64,000 nucleotides of DNA from Minisyncoccota bacterium (GTDB taxonomy: Bacteria; Patescibacteriota; Minisyncoccia; JBAYJV01), in contig JBAYJV010000003.1 in the NCBI GenBank assembly GCA_041664925.1, positions 21,179-85,178 on the forward strand. Direction: 5' to 3'. This document shows, piece by piece, positions 10,895-20,902 of the stretch (positions within the stretch are counted from its first letter, which is position 1; every line of letters starts with the position of its first letter). Position numbers and translations under genes: made by a program. Below the pieces are notes generated by a model, which was not told where the DNA came from, did no database searches, and saw only the letters and a program-made list of their open reading frames with translations.

Positions 10895-11263
10895 CTACTT
10901 CTTGCCCCTTAATGATAAAATACTAGAACCTAGCATATTGGATAATTCACAGGCTTCTTTAAGTAATGCTTCTACTTTCTCCTCACTTACTTTCTGACTG
11001 TCTCTCGATAACGCGAGCCAATATTTAGTTTCATTAGAGGACTTTAGGGCGTGATTGATAAAATTGGTAAAATCCTTTTTAGACGATGATGCTTGTGCCT
11101 CGATTATATTAGCTCCAATGCTTGTAGCGCTTCTTATTAATTGTCGGGCAATAATCTCTAAGGAGAAATCTTTTCGCGTGAAGGTATCTATAAATTTAAT
11201 AATTTCCAAAGAAAACTTATAAGATCTCTTAATTAGCATTTCCTTATAAGATTTGTTTTCCAT
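10895..11263 (-). CDS. Four-helix bundle protein (23S rRNA IVS/Avd-like family)
   Basis: QLIRSATSIGANIIEA, ETKYWL; flanked by AT-rich heptamer repeats. Confidence 0.88.
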   Translation of the reverse strand: MENKSYKEMLIKRSYKFSLEIIKFIDTFTRKDFSLEIIARQLIRSATSIGANIIEAQASSSKKDFTNFINHALKSSNETKYWLALSRDSQKVSEEKVEALLKEACELSNMLGSSILSLRGKK

Positions 11264-11420
11264 AACTTTTCACTTTCAACTTTAACTTTGCAATTTTAAC
11301 TTTAAATTTTTAACTTTCTCCATTTTATCATTTTTTAGAATTTTTTGCCAAGAACATGCAATCCCATTGACAATATGGTAATTATGAGATAGGATGTAAG
11401 CAGAAATAAAGGAGGTAGTT

Positions 11421-11963
11421 ATGGATGGTTGTTGTCCAATGGGTTGCGGTCATCGTTGCGGGTCAGCATGTTGCAGTTTAGCCAGATTGTCTGAGACGCT
11501 TGATGATACAACAAAGAGGATAAAGGCTAGTATCGAAGAAAGGAGAAGAGATCATAAAGAATTTTGCAAAGGTCTCAGCTTACAAATAAAAGACTTGTTA
11601 CAGTTAAGATTTGATATAGAGGTTCCAGGAGAGTTTAAGATCAGAGTTTACGGTGTCGACTGTTCTACTAAAATCAGAATGCAGGCTGATAGCAAAAGAT
11701 GCTTGGTGTTGGTTTCTTTTGTCGGTATTTTCGATAAGAAACATGATCTAGTGAGTCTTATGATGGCACACATGAAGCGGGTAAAAGAACTTCATCGATC
11801 ATTAGGAATTTCTTGCCCCATGATAGTACCGAATTTCTTTGAGGACAGCCTTTGGCTTGAGCTTGAAGTTTCAGGATTATTTATTGGCGAGGCATTGTCA
11901 GACGAGGTATGTCGCGCTATTATCGAACAAACTCAAACATTACTTCCTGAGCGGAAGCAATAG
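11421..11963 (+). CDS. Hypothetical protein with Cys-rich N-terminus
   Basis: Own TTGACA promoter, AAGGAGG SD, terminator about 11978-12008. Confidence 0.55.
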   Translation: MDGCCPMGCGHRCGSACCSLARLSETLDDTTKRIKASIEERRRDHKEFCKGLSLQIKDLLQLRFDIEVPGEFKIRVYGVDCSTKIRMQADSKRCLVLVSFVGIFDKKHDLVSLMMAHMKRVKELHRSLGISCPMIVPNFFEDSLWLELEVSGLFIGEALSDEVCRAIIEQTQTLLPERKQ

Positions 11964-12156
11964 ACAAGAAAAACAAAGCTCCGAGACAGCGTTCCCGGAG
12001 CATTTTTTGTTTATATTTTTGTTGATTTAGTTTTAACCTTATATTACTTAACGATTAATTCATATTCTCTAGATTTCATTTGTGTTGAACGGCATAATAA
12101 TTTTTAATTTTCAACTTTAACTTTGCACTTTTCACCTTTAATTTTAAATTTTTTAG

Positions 12157-12909
12157 TTATTTCTCCAAAAGCAACATCGATAACATAGCTACGATACCGA
12201 AAATGAAGAAAAGTAGCTGAAGAAGAGATTTTGATGTTTTAAGTTCTTTGTGAAGCTCAGGAATAAGATCGGAACCGGCAATATAAATGAAACTTCCTGC
12301 AGCAAAAGGAATAAGAAAAGTTGTCAGTCCTTTTGTGTAGTGATTTAGAAGAAGGGAGATAATTACACCCAAAAAGGCAGTTAGTGCAGTTAAGAAATTT
12401 AAAAACAACGCTTTCTTTTTTGAAAATCCGCCGTAAACCAAGACACCGAAATCGCCAATTTCTTGAGGGATTTCATGAACAATAACCGCAATTGTTGTTG
12501 TGATGCCAAGAGGAATGCTTGCTAAATAGGTGGCGCCTAAAATAAGCCCATCAATTAAATTATGAATGCTGTCGCCGACTAAACTCATTAAAGAAGCTTG
12601 GTGAATATGAGTTTTATTGATAGGCAAATGGCAGTGACGCCAATGAATAATTTTTTCTACAAAAAAAGAAAAAACAATTCCTGAGATAACAAAAAGAGAA
12701 ATATTAATACCAAAACCGTTTTCTTTGACCGCTTCGGGCAAAAGATGAATAAAGGCGCCGCCAAAAAGTCCGCCAGCTGAAAAACTGACTAAATACAGCA
12801 AAAACTTCTTTAATCTTTCTTCTCTTAGACCTATAAAAAGCACACCAATGAAAGAAATAAGACTGACAATTAAAACACTGACGAGAGAATAAAGCCAAAT
12901 AATACTCAT
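12157..12909 (-). CDS. ZIP family divalent metal transporter
   Basis: HLLPEA, GDSIHNLIDG, HEIPQEIGDF, DLIPELH. Confidence 0.93.
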   Translation of the reverse strand: MSIIWLYSLVSVLIVSLISFIGVLFIGLREERLKKFLLYLVSFSAGGLFGGAFIHLLPEAVKENGFGINISLFVISGIVFSFFVEKIIHWRHCHLPINKTHIHQASLMSLVGDSIHNLIDGLILGATYLASIPLGITTTIAVIVHEIPQEIGDFGVLVYGGFSKKKALFLNFLTALTAFLGVIISLLLNHYTKGLTTFLIPFAAGSFIYIAGSDLIPELHKELKTSKSLLQLLFFIFGIVAMLSMLLLEK

Positions 12910-13176
12910 GTTATTTAATAAAACAGATATTGATATTTTATCATTAAACCATTTTTAAGTCCAAAAGGCTTGTAAAAAACACGCAAACCATTGATTTTTA
13001 ATAAGTTATGTGGTATAATGTAGAAAAGAAGGTAGTTGAGTGTAGAATGAGGTAGTCCCGCACCAGAGCCCTGACACCAGAATAAATTCGGTGCATGGCA
13101 AGCAAAGCACGGTGCGGGATGTAAGAGTTTCTAAGCTCACTTCATTCGCGAAGAATCTCTAACAGAGGAGGCGACT

Positions 13177-13296
13177 ATGAAAGAGGTTTGTAACTATCAC
13201 GAGACAGTTCCAGCGGAAGTGAGGCGGGAAGTTGAAGAGAGTCTGGTTGATGAAATTGACCCGACTCGTGAAGACAACGACGATCTCGGGCTGTAA
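13177..13296 (+). CDS. 39-aa acidic peptide
   Basis: GAGGAGG SD, MKEVCNYHETVPAEVRREVEESLVDEIDPTREDNDDLGL. Confidence 0.4.
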   Translation: MKEVCNYHETVPAEVRREVEESLVDEIDPTREDNDDLGL

Positions 13297-13645
13297 AGAG
13301 ATCAAAAGAATGTCCGCCTTCGCTTTTGGCTACGGCGAGACTTAAGATTTCGTACTGCTCACAGGTTCGCAAACGAAATCTAAAGGAGGTAGGATAGGTC
13401 TTGGAGATTGGATTATCATCGGAGGGTTCGTTGCGTTCGTCGCATTTCTCGTGATCATGCTTCGGAGACCGAAGCTGAGAGGAGTGAGGAGTCGTCGAAC
13501 CAAGGCGGGGTAGATTACCCCGCCCTTTTTGTTTTACAAACTTATCAACTTTAAAAACCGCTCTTGTATTTATATTTTCAAGGGTTTAACATTAAAGTGT
13601 AAAATGTAATTTGTTATTTATTATAAAAAGAAAGGAATTAAAAAT

Positions 13646-14077
13646 ATGTCAATTGGCGAACCAGGAGAACCACAACCAAACGTAGAATTTGATCCGGAAA
13701 AACATGTAAAAATTCCTGAAGAGGAAGGCGGAGGTTTTGTTAAAAAAGAAGCATATGAAACACAAGAGTTAGCAAAACTTTCTGCAACTTACGCTAAAGC
13801 CCTAGAAAGACAACAAGAGATTACGGGGAAGGAAACTAATTTCCAAGATATATTACATAATGAGGCAAATAAAGAAAACAAAGAAAGTGATTTATCAGAA
13901 GAAGAGAAGCTCATAGAAAGAGTTAAGGATGGTAGAGCTAATTATCGAGACTTGCCAGAATATCAAAGGAGAAACCTTAAGGTTATACAAGTAGCCTTAG
14001 AACGAAATGCAAGATTCATTAACTTTGTTCCAGATGATATTAGGGAAAAAATAGAAAAAGGAACACAAGGATTGTAA
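13646..14077 (+). CDS. Hypothetical protein, C-terminal DUF4116-like repeat
   Basis: LPEYQRRNLKVIQVALERNARFINFVPDDIR resembles DUF4116. Confidence 0.5.
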   Translation: MSIGEPGEPQPNVEFDPEKHVKIPEEEGGGFVKKEAYETQELAKLSATYAKALERQQEITGKETNFQDILHNEANKENKESDLSEEEKLIERVKDGRANYRDLPEYQRRNLKVIQVALERNARFINFVPDDIREKIEKGTQGL

Positions 14078-14268
14078 AAATTTGATATTTTTCCGTTTTT
14101 AATTTTGAAAAAGCAGAAAAAACTGAAGAGAAATAATGATTTTTAATATTTATAAGAACTCTAATGTAATCCTTCAATTGCACTCAGGATATAAGGTTTC
14201 TATTTCTCGCTTATAGCTCGAAAAGAAATTCTAATAAAAGAGCGCGGAGTCTTTCCGCGCTGTTTTGT

Positions 14269-14664
14269 TTAGACCACTTTTTGGTCTTCTTTTTTGCTAT
14301 CAGGGTAGAAATTGTAGAGGATTCCTGCAATGATAAGCGAAGCAAAGAACCCACAGAAAGCAACCTTAAATACAACAACAGGAAGTCCATCATACCGACA
14401 ACTAAACCAATTAGTACCAATCATGATTATTCCAAAAATCACAAATCCAGATAAACTTACTTTCGCTCCTTTATTCTTCAAAACAGTATCAATGATACTC
14501 AGGAAGAACAATAACACATAAATTGAATTTAACGCATAGATGCCGTCAAATGACTTGTTGGGAGATCCGTTAAAAGAAATAAACCCTGCAATGAGGATGC
14601 CAACTATGAAAAAAAAAGCATTGTACTTGCAAACCACTCTAATGACTTTTCTCAAAGAACTCAC
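14269..14664 (-). CDS. Hypothetical 4-TM membrane protein
   Basis: GGGAGG SD, hydrophobic segments. Confidence 0.55.
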   Translation of the reverse strand: MSSLRKVIRVVCKYNAFFFIVGILIAGFISFNGSPNKSFDGIYALNSIYVLLFFLSIIDTVLKNKGAKVSLSGFVIFGIIMIGTNWFSCRYDGLPVVVFKVAFCGFFASLIIAGILYNFYPDSKKEDQKVV

Positions 14665-14899
14665 CTCCCTAGGTTAATTTAATTGTAACTCTTATAGACA
14701 AAAAATCAATATAAAACAATAAATTTGACTTATCGTCTTTTTTTAAATATGCAAGGCAATTTAAAACATTGACAAGTAATCATGTTTATGATAGAATGGG
14801 CAACGGTTGGCAAAAGATTTGCTTTTGTCAAAGTTCTTATGACAAAAGATTGGCTTTTGTCAAAGTTCTTATAAAAATAAATAGGAAAAGGGAGGAAAA

Positions 14900-16270
14900 A
14901 TGCAAGAGAAACACGAGAGGAAGCCGCATTTTGAGACAGATGGCATTCATCATGCCACTATCAGAGGACATCGGTTCCATCTGAGATTAAAGGATCCGAT
15001 CAGTGACAACTATCTTTGGATTGATGGTAAAACCTTACTTGTTATTGGTCCAAGAGATGCAAATTTTGTCCGTTATATCATTGAAGCAATGTGGAAGTTT
15101 TTAAATGGCGAAGGTGATCGGATTGAAGAAGCTGCTAATTGGATTGTTGATCAGATGAAAAAGATGTATCCCAAAGTTAATCGTCGTCGAATTCGCAAGG
15201 ATCTTGACAGGATTTTTGACACCTTAATGGCGATTGCCGAAAGCGGATGTCCGGTTGAGGTCCTAGGAGAAGATGATGTTCGCGAAGTGCGATACGATAA
15301 ATGGGTCGCGCCAGCGCGCATGGATCTTGCAGTCACTGGCCGTTGTAATCTGAATTGTGGAAAATGTTATCGAGGCGGTAGCCAGATTATTCAAGAATTA
15401 GATCTTGATGCGTGGCGTAAGGCTTATGGCATTCTTTGGAATGCTGGGGTTCACCAGATTGTTTTTACTGGTGGAGAGCCAACTCTGCGCGACGATATTG
15501 TTAAGCTAGTCAGCGAAGCAGATGAGTTTGTCACAGGGCTTGTAACTAACGGAACGAATCTTGAAGCATTAGCAGAAGAATTATTTGCAGCGAGCCTTGA
15601 TTATGTTCAAGTAACGATTGAGTCTTGGACTTCTGCGATTCATGATGCAATGACTAATACTCCTGGCTCTCATGTCAGGACGGTTGCTGGCATCAAGAAA
15701 GCGCTTGAGGTTGGTCTGAGCGTCTCAACAAACACGACGCTTACCAAACAAAGCGCAGCAGGATTTCTTGAAACTATCAGATTCTTGCATTCGCTTGGCG
15801 TAAAACATGTTGCCTGTAATAGTCTTATTTGCAGCGGGCGTGGAACTGCTTGCAAGATAGAGAATGGTCTTAGTGACCAGGAACTTGCAGGAATTCTTGA
15901 ACAAGCTTGCGAATTAGCTGATGAACTTGGAATGGAATTCCAATGGTATTCGCCGACGTGCTACACTCTTGGCGTAAATCCCATTGATCTGGGATTAGGT
16001 GTTAAGACTTGTTCAGCGGCGTCATATAATATGACGATTGAGCCAAATGGTTCTGTGCTTCCTTGCCAATCCTGGCCGGAGAGTGTCGGAAACATTCTCG
16101 TGGATGATTGGAAGAAGATCTGGGAACATCCGGTTTGCGTTCAGTTGCGCAATCATGCGATGAAAGCGCTTGGATGCGGAGGATGCGCTCACGAAACTAC
16201 TTGTGCGGGTGGGTGTCCGCTCGACAAGACACCGCGCCAAAAGACGACCAGCAAAAAGGAGTGTGCGTAG
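14900..16270 (+). CDS. Radical SAM/SPASM protein with N-terminal PqqD/RRE-like region
   Basis: CNLNCGKC, FTGGEPTLR, SPASM CSAA...IEPNGSVLPC...GNI...CGGCAHETTCAGGC; about 130-aa N-terminal extension. Confidence 0.88.
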   Translation: MQEKHERKPHFETDGIHHATIRGHRFHLRLKDPISDNYLWIDGKTLLVIGPRDANFVRYIIEAMWKFLNGEGDRIEEAANWIVDQMKKMYPKVNRRRIRKDLDRIFDTLMAIAESGCPVEVLGEDDVREVRYDKWVAPARMDLAVTGRCNLNCGKCYRGGSQIIQELDLDAWRKAYGILWNAGVHQIVFTGGEPTLRDDIVKLVSEADEFVTGLVTNGTNLEALAEELFAASLDYVQVTIESWTSAIHDAMTNTPGSHVRTVAGIKKALEVGLSVSTNTTLTKQSAAGFLETIRFLHSLGVKHVACNSLICSGRGTACKIENGLSDQELAGILEQACELADELGMEFQWYSPTCYTLGVNPIDLGLGVKTCSAASYNMTIEPNGSVLPCQSWPESVGNILVDDWKKIWEHPVCVQLRNHAMKALGCGGCAHETTCAGGCPLDKTPRQKTTSKKECA

Positions 16271-16272
16271 CC

Positions 16273-17232
16273 ATGAAAAAGCTCTATCTGTTGGCAACGC
16301 TTGTTTTGCTCTGTGTCTTCGGCGCGTGCGTTTTTGCCGATGACACCGGAACCTATAAGATTATTGATTATAAAGTAACCTTAAATCCACAGATAGACGG
16401 ATCGTTTTTGCTGGGTTGTTACCAGAAATGGGAAGTAACTAGTGGCCATATCCCTTGGATTACCGTAGGACTTCCTAATAGCGGATTTAGTATCAAGAAT
16501 TCAGGACTTAATGTTAAAACCATTAAATCTGATAATTCTAGTGATTGGTCAGGAGTCAGAATTGACCTTGATAATGATTATAAGCCTGGACAAACATTCG
16601 AGGTTTCCTTTGAAGTTAGCGTCAAGCTTCTTGGTCAAACAAAGGAAGGATATCGGATTAGCTATACTCCCGGTTGGTATGATCGGGCAGTAACAGATAG
16701 GCTAACGATCGTTCTGGATTTGACCACGCTTACCAGCGATACGTCGGGCATTAAGACCAATCCACAACCAACATCAACTAATGCTTCTCAGCTTACCTGG
16801 GAAAAGACTGGTTTAACAAAAGGCGAACACTTTGCAATTACTATTGACTTGCCAAAGACAATCTTTCCTGAAGTTGATCAAAAGAATGTTCATAAAGGAT
16901 TGTCAGGCGTAGCATGGTTTTTCATCATTATTGGAATAATCGCCGGTGTTATCATTATAGCTTTCCTTATTGGTGCTATGGATGATGGCGGTTATTCCGG
17001 CGGTGGCGGCATCTTTGTTGGCGGAAGTGGTGGTGGCGGTGGAAGAAGCTCGGGTGGCGGTGGCGGGTTCGGCGGCGGAGGATTCTCCTGCGCTTGTGCC
17101 TGTGCCTGCGCTTGTGCTGGTGGCGGCGGAGCGGGTTGTTCTCGCAAAGCTGACCATACTTGTCCGCTATGCCGGGACTCTCGTCAGAAAAGGAATAGAA
17201 TCAATCTTTTTAAAAGGAAGCGCCATGAATAA
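16273..17232 (+). CDS. Exported single-pass membrane protein (DUF2207-like ectodomain) with Gly-rich/(Cys-Ala)n tail
   Basis: Signal peptide MKKLYLLATLV..., beta-rich ectodomain, TM helix, then GGGGFSCACACACACAGGGGAGCSRK. Confidence 0.8.
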   Translation: MKKLYLLATLVLLCVFGACVFADDTGTYKIIDYKVTLNPQIDGSFLLGCYQKWEVTSGHIPWITVGLPNSGFSIKNSGLNVKTIKSDNSSDWSGVRIDLDNDYKPGQTFEVSFEVSVKLLGQTKEGYRISYTPGWYDRAVTDRLTIVLDLTTLTSDTSGIKTNPQPTSTNASQLTWEKTGLTKGEHFAITIDLPKTIFPEVDQKNVHKGLSGVAWFFIIIGIIAGVIIIAFLIGAMDDGGYSGGGGIFVGGSGGGGGRSSGGGGGFGGGGFSCACACACACAGGGGAGCSRKADHTCPLCRDSRQKRNRINLFKRKRHE

Positions 17233-17785
17233 GAAGTACGTGGTATTTCTCTTAATGGCAATCCTATTTCTGACAGCTTGTAATAGTAATCAGGGCGGTC
17301 AGGATGCTGGAAACGTATCGATTCCTGAAGGTTGTCCTCCTTTTACTCATTTAGGACAGTATTGGGTGATTGACAATGCCAATGTTCTCAATCTGAGCAC
17401 TATTGTTTATGCTGATGCGATTTTCCAGAAGCTCAAACAAGATGGTATTGCCGAGATCGTGGTTTTGATTCAGCCAGGCGTTAAAGATAGCGCTTTGCTG
17501 ACATACGCCACGCACTATGGCAGATGGTTAGGGCTTGGAAAAACCGGTCCCAGTTCTCTAGGCGGCAATAATGGTATCGTATACCTGATTGTGCCAGAAC
17601 TAGAGAGTAAGCTGACGATTGAGCCAGGAAGAGGCATGTTTAAGTTTACTATCAGTGATTTTGGCCCGATCGTGGAACGAGTCGCGATGGATTTTCTTAA
17701 CTATGGTGACTATGACGGAGGTGTCAAAACTCTAGCAGACGAAACTGATAGGGTTTTAAGAGAGATCTATAAACCAGGGAGCTAA
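17225..17785 (+). CDS. TPM-domain (YgcG-like) lipoprotein
   Basis: Lipobox LTAC; WVIDNANVL, LGLGK...NNGIVYLI, IEPGRG. Confidence 0.8.
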   Translation: MNKKYVVFLLMAILFLTACNSNQGGQDAGNVSIPEGCPPFTHLGQYWVIDNANVLNLSTIVYADAIFQKLKQDGIAEIVVLIQPGVKDSALLTYATHYGRWLGLGKTGPSSLGGNNGIVYLIVPELESKLTIEPGRGMFKFTISDFGPIVERVAMDFLNYGDYDGGVKTLADETDRVLREIYKPGS

Positions 17786-17798
17786 AAAGGAGGCTCAA

Positions 17799-18422
17799 AT
17801 GAAGGTCGTAGGTTGGGTATTGCTTGGGTTGGTGTTTTTGGCAGGAATTATTGTTGTGGCAACTTGGAATAGTTTAAACACGAAAAATCAAGCGGTGCTT
17901 GGAGGAAAATCACTTTGTTCCTCTGCGCTTGCTAACTGTACCGAGAAGATTAAGATGGTTTGGACTGCTAATCAGCAGCAATTCGAATTCGAGAAAGAAA
18001 CTCTTCGGGTAGTAACCGAAGCGCGAAATAGTTTTGAAGCAGCGATGAAAGCGTTCAATGATGCAGCTGCCAAGAGTGGCGAGACAGATACTCAAAAACT
18101 GACTCAGTTAGCTGATGCAGCTTATAGGAGTGCTCTCGCGGTGAATGTTCAGATTGAGGCTTATCCAGAACTTCATTCATCCGAGATTACTAAAGAAAAC
18201 GCGCGAAACATGGAAGCATCGGTTGATCAGGTTAAGGCCGCATTTGACGATTGGATCGTTGCGATTCAGAGATACAATACTACACGTGGCGGTTTCTTTA
18301 CTACTATTGTAGCCAGTTTGTTTAGCGGTCGTTTCCCAGAGTCCTATGCTTACTACGAGGGTCCGGTTAACGAGCTTAATACGGACTTGCTTAATCCTCA
18401 GGCAGCAGGGGGAACTAAGTAG
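17799..18422 (+). CDS. LemA family protein
   Basis: N-terminal TM, TWNSL, EAYPELHSS, RYNT...FFTTIVASLF. Confidence 0.8.
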   Translation: MKVVGWVLLGLVFLAGIIVVATWNSLNTKNQAVLGGKSLCSSALANCTEKIKMVWTANQQQFEFEKETLRVVTEARNSFEAAMKAFNDAAAKSGETDTQKLTQLADAAYRSALAVNVQIEAYPELHSSEITKENARNMEASVDQVKAAFDDWIVAIQRYNTTRGGFFTTIVASLFSGRFPESYAYYEGPVNELNTDLLNPQAAGGTK

Positions 18423-18692
18423 CAAATCAAAAAGGACGCATCCAGCGTGGTGCGTCCTCTTTTTTTATTGACAAATGATTTTGTTTCTGTTAGGGTGTTA
18501 ATAGTGTTGTTCTTCAACCCTTCAACTAAGTTTAGGGCAAGCAAGTTCAGGATGTAATCCTCCTTCGCTATCTCCTACGCTAAACCTGTCTACCGTCAGG
18601 CAGGGCTACGGAAGATCGAGGAAAGCTTCGGAAGGATCTAAGAGTTTTTAACTTTCGCAATGCTCAAGAAAAAACTCTAAGAGGAGGGCAGA

Positions 18693-18968
18693 ATGTGGTG
18701 GATTCCTTGCATTATAATCTCTGCGTGGTTGGTTGCGGGAATATTCGCCTATGCCATTAAGAAGCACACCTACAAAATCCACTATGAAAGATGTCGTCCA
18801 AGAGGACATACAAGTAAGAATGAACGCTACTGCTGTTATTGCATACCCTTTGGGTTAATAGGGTTGATTGTGGCTCTTGACTATAAACGTTATAATCTTG
18901 AACCATTCGGTCTTTGTTGGAAAATGCCAAAAGTGCTACTGGCAAATCCACAAAACAGAAGGCGCTAG
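18693..18968 (+). CDS. Small membrane hypothetical protein
   Basis: GAGGAGG SD, two hydrophobic segments. Confidence 0.5.
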   Translation: MWWIPCIIISAWLVAGIFAYAIKKHTYKIHYERCRPRGHTSKNERYCCYCIPFGLIGLIVALDYKRYNLEPFGLCWKMPKVLLANPQNRRR

Positions 18969-19067
18969 AACGCAAGTGGAACTCGCAAAAGATCGCGAGT
19001 TCTTTTTTAATCCGCAATAAAAATAAAATGGTAGATGTCCGACATCTACACTAAAAAAAGGAGTCCC

Positions 19068-19697
19068 TTAGGACTCCTTGACTTTTGTGCCTTCTTTGGC
19101 GACTATGTTCTCTAGACGATAGGTTATCGCATTCACTACCGATAATGGAGATCCAGTATCTATGAATTGTCGAATGCGGTTTCTAGTTATATTATCAGAA
19201 ATAAGTTGACTTCCAAGAACTTTTCTTAAGATGATCCTAAGGTACACAACGCGAGACTGATCGGAAAGATTCGGCTTATTGCGAAGCTTTCTGAACTGAT
19301 CAAGGAAATAAGCAGGAAGAGTTCTGTGGATAATTGCCAGATATTCTTCTTCTTGTGTGTTTCTGGCAGTTTGGTCATCTCCCAAACCATAAAGCAATTT
19401 TCTCTTAATAGTCCTAATTTCTTTAGAAGTATAGCCATACCTTAGTATTTCATCAATTAGCGCGAGGCTAGGGTCTAGGTCAATACCATTTTCTTTTGCC
19501 CACTCTCCAAGAGTTTTATTACCATCATATCTAGCAGTAAGACCAAAATAGGGAATGGAACTTTTGGCATGAGAATCAATTCTTGCCTGTTTGATTCTTT
19601 TGATACCAGAATTTTCAAGATATTCAATCAAAACTTTTTCCCAATCATCTCTTGAATTAATCGGTCCATGCCCATTGAAATAGAACGGTAACCACAT
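19068..19697 (-). CDS. Hypothetical protein
   Basis: AAGGAGG SD, 209-aa ORF. Confidence 0.55.
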   Translation of the reverse strand: MWLPFYFNGHGPINSRDDWEKVLIEYLENSGIKRIKQARIDSHAKSSIPYFGLTARYDGNKTLGEWAKENGIDLDPSLALIDEILRYGYTSKEIRTIKRKLLYGLGDDQTARNTQEEEYLAIIHRTLPAYFLDQFRKLRNKPNLSDQSRVVYLRIILRKVLGSQLISDNITRNRIRQFIDTGSPLSVVNAITYRLENIVAKEGTKVKES

Positions 19698-19904
19698 TTT
19701 GTCGCCTCCTTTGGAACTAGCCCTATTCTATATTCTTTATAAAATAATGTCAATGAAAATGGGTAGAAGCTAGAAGTTGGAAGATAGAGGTTAGAATAAT
19801 ACCATATGGCGAATACGAGATTTTTCGCTTGGTTCGACAAGCTCATCATAAATCACTCAGAATGACAGACAAAAATCGGAGGCTAAGACTCCGATTTAAC
19901 GATA

Positions 19905-19938
19905 TCGGGCTGGGGAGACTTGAACTCCCGACCTCACG
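19905..19938 (-). pseudogene. Duplicated 3' half of tRNA-Pro
   Basis: Identical to 20237-20270 (tcgggctggggagacttgaactcccgacctcacg). Confidence 0.85.
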
Positions 19939-19955
19939 GTCGCCTCAGGCGACCG

Positions 19956-20207
19956 CTAGTCAACTACATGTTTAACATTTACATCTAGCCATTCTCTTCC
20001 CTTGCCAGATTTCAAGAATTTTTCTCTTCTAACTGCATCAATCCTTGTTTCGAATTTCTCTGTATATTCTAAAGAAAATGGTAGTTGGAATCTTATTGAT
20101 TTAGTTAATCCAAGATTATGCTCATCAATCCTTCTTTCTAAGTTGTTAGTTTGTCCGATATAGCGATAACCGTTTTTCTTACTTCTTAACACATATACAT
20201 AGTACAT
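19956..20207 (-). CDS. Stand-alone GIY-YIG nuclease
   Basis: MYYVYVLRS..YIGQTNNLERRIDEHN..AVRREKFLKSGKGR. Confidence 0.9.
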   Translation of the reverse strand: MYYVYVLRSKKNGYRYIGQTNNLERRIDEHNLGLTKSIRFQLPFSLEYTEKFETRIDAVRREKFLKSGKGREWLDVNVKHVVD

Positions 20208-20236
20208 TTTTAAGCTAAGATTATTATTTTCTTGTA

Positions 20237-20310
20237 TCGGGCTGGGGAGACTTGAACTCCCGACCTCACGCACCCCATGCGCGCGCGCTAGCCAACTGCG
20301 CCACAGCCCG
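20237..20310 (-). tRNA. tRNA-Pro(GGG)
   Basis: CGGGCTG acceptor stem, anticodon loop ATGGGGT, T-loop GTTCAAG; CCA not encoded. Confidence 0.92.
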
Positions 20311-20423
20311 TCATTCTTATAATATATAATTATTGAACGAAAATCAATAATTTTTATTGATCCTTGACAATTTTATGGAAAAGAGTAGGATAAAGACAGC
20401 TTTAACGTTCCAAAGGAGGAACA

Positions 20424-20852
20424 ATGACAAAGAAGGAGCAACTGGTGTGGTTTGACAGTACCGGAGAGATTTCTTCTGGCGAAAAGCCTTTTCGCCGTAG
20501 AATCATCGCTATCGCTGAAGCTCGAAGTCTTTTAGGAGAGGCAATAAGGCTTCGTAAGAATTGGTCTATAGACGATCTTCCAGTTAGTGCTTGGTTGCGG
20601 GCAACACCAAGCAAAAGAAGATTTAGCATTGTCATCGGTGGTTTTAGAGGAGATCTGCGCCTTATTAGAAATGTTCGGTTAGTTAAGAAAGATATTTGCT
20701 TATATGCCCATGTACCAAGTATTGTCAAAAAAAGTTTTGGTAAATGGGAAGATGTTGCAGAATTTGAAGATGAAGACGGCAATCGTCTTTACGTTAGACT
20801 CATTTACATAGCTAAATACAGCGGAGCTAAGCCCTATATTGTTTCTGAGTAA
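20424..20852 (+). CDS. Hypothetical protein (accessory cassette)
   Basis: TTGACA promoter, AAGGAGG SD, terminator 20856-20881. Confidence 0.55.
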   Translation: MTKKEQLVWFDSTGEISSGEKPFRRRIIAIAEARSLLGEAIRLRKNWSIDDLPVSAWLRATPSKRRFSIVIGGFRGDLRLIRNVRLVKKDICLYAHVPSIVKKSFGKWEDVAEFEDEDGNRLYVRLIYIAKYSGAKPYIVSE

Positions 20853-20902
20853 AGCAAAGAGGTCCAGACGGACCTCTTTTTAATTTTATGTAATAAAAAA
20901 GA

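Noticed and set aside
16108-17224. Long N-terminal extensions of the 16108 and 16970 ORFs
   Set aside because: True starts are 16273 (signal peptide) and 17225 (SD, lipoprotein signal); the extensions overlap upstream genes
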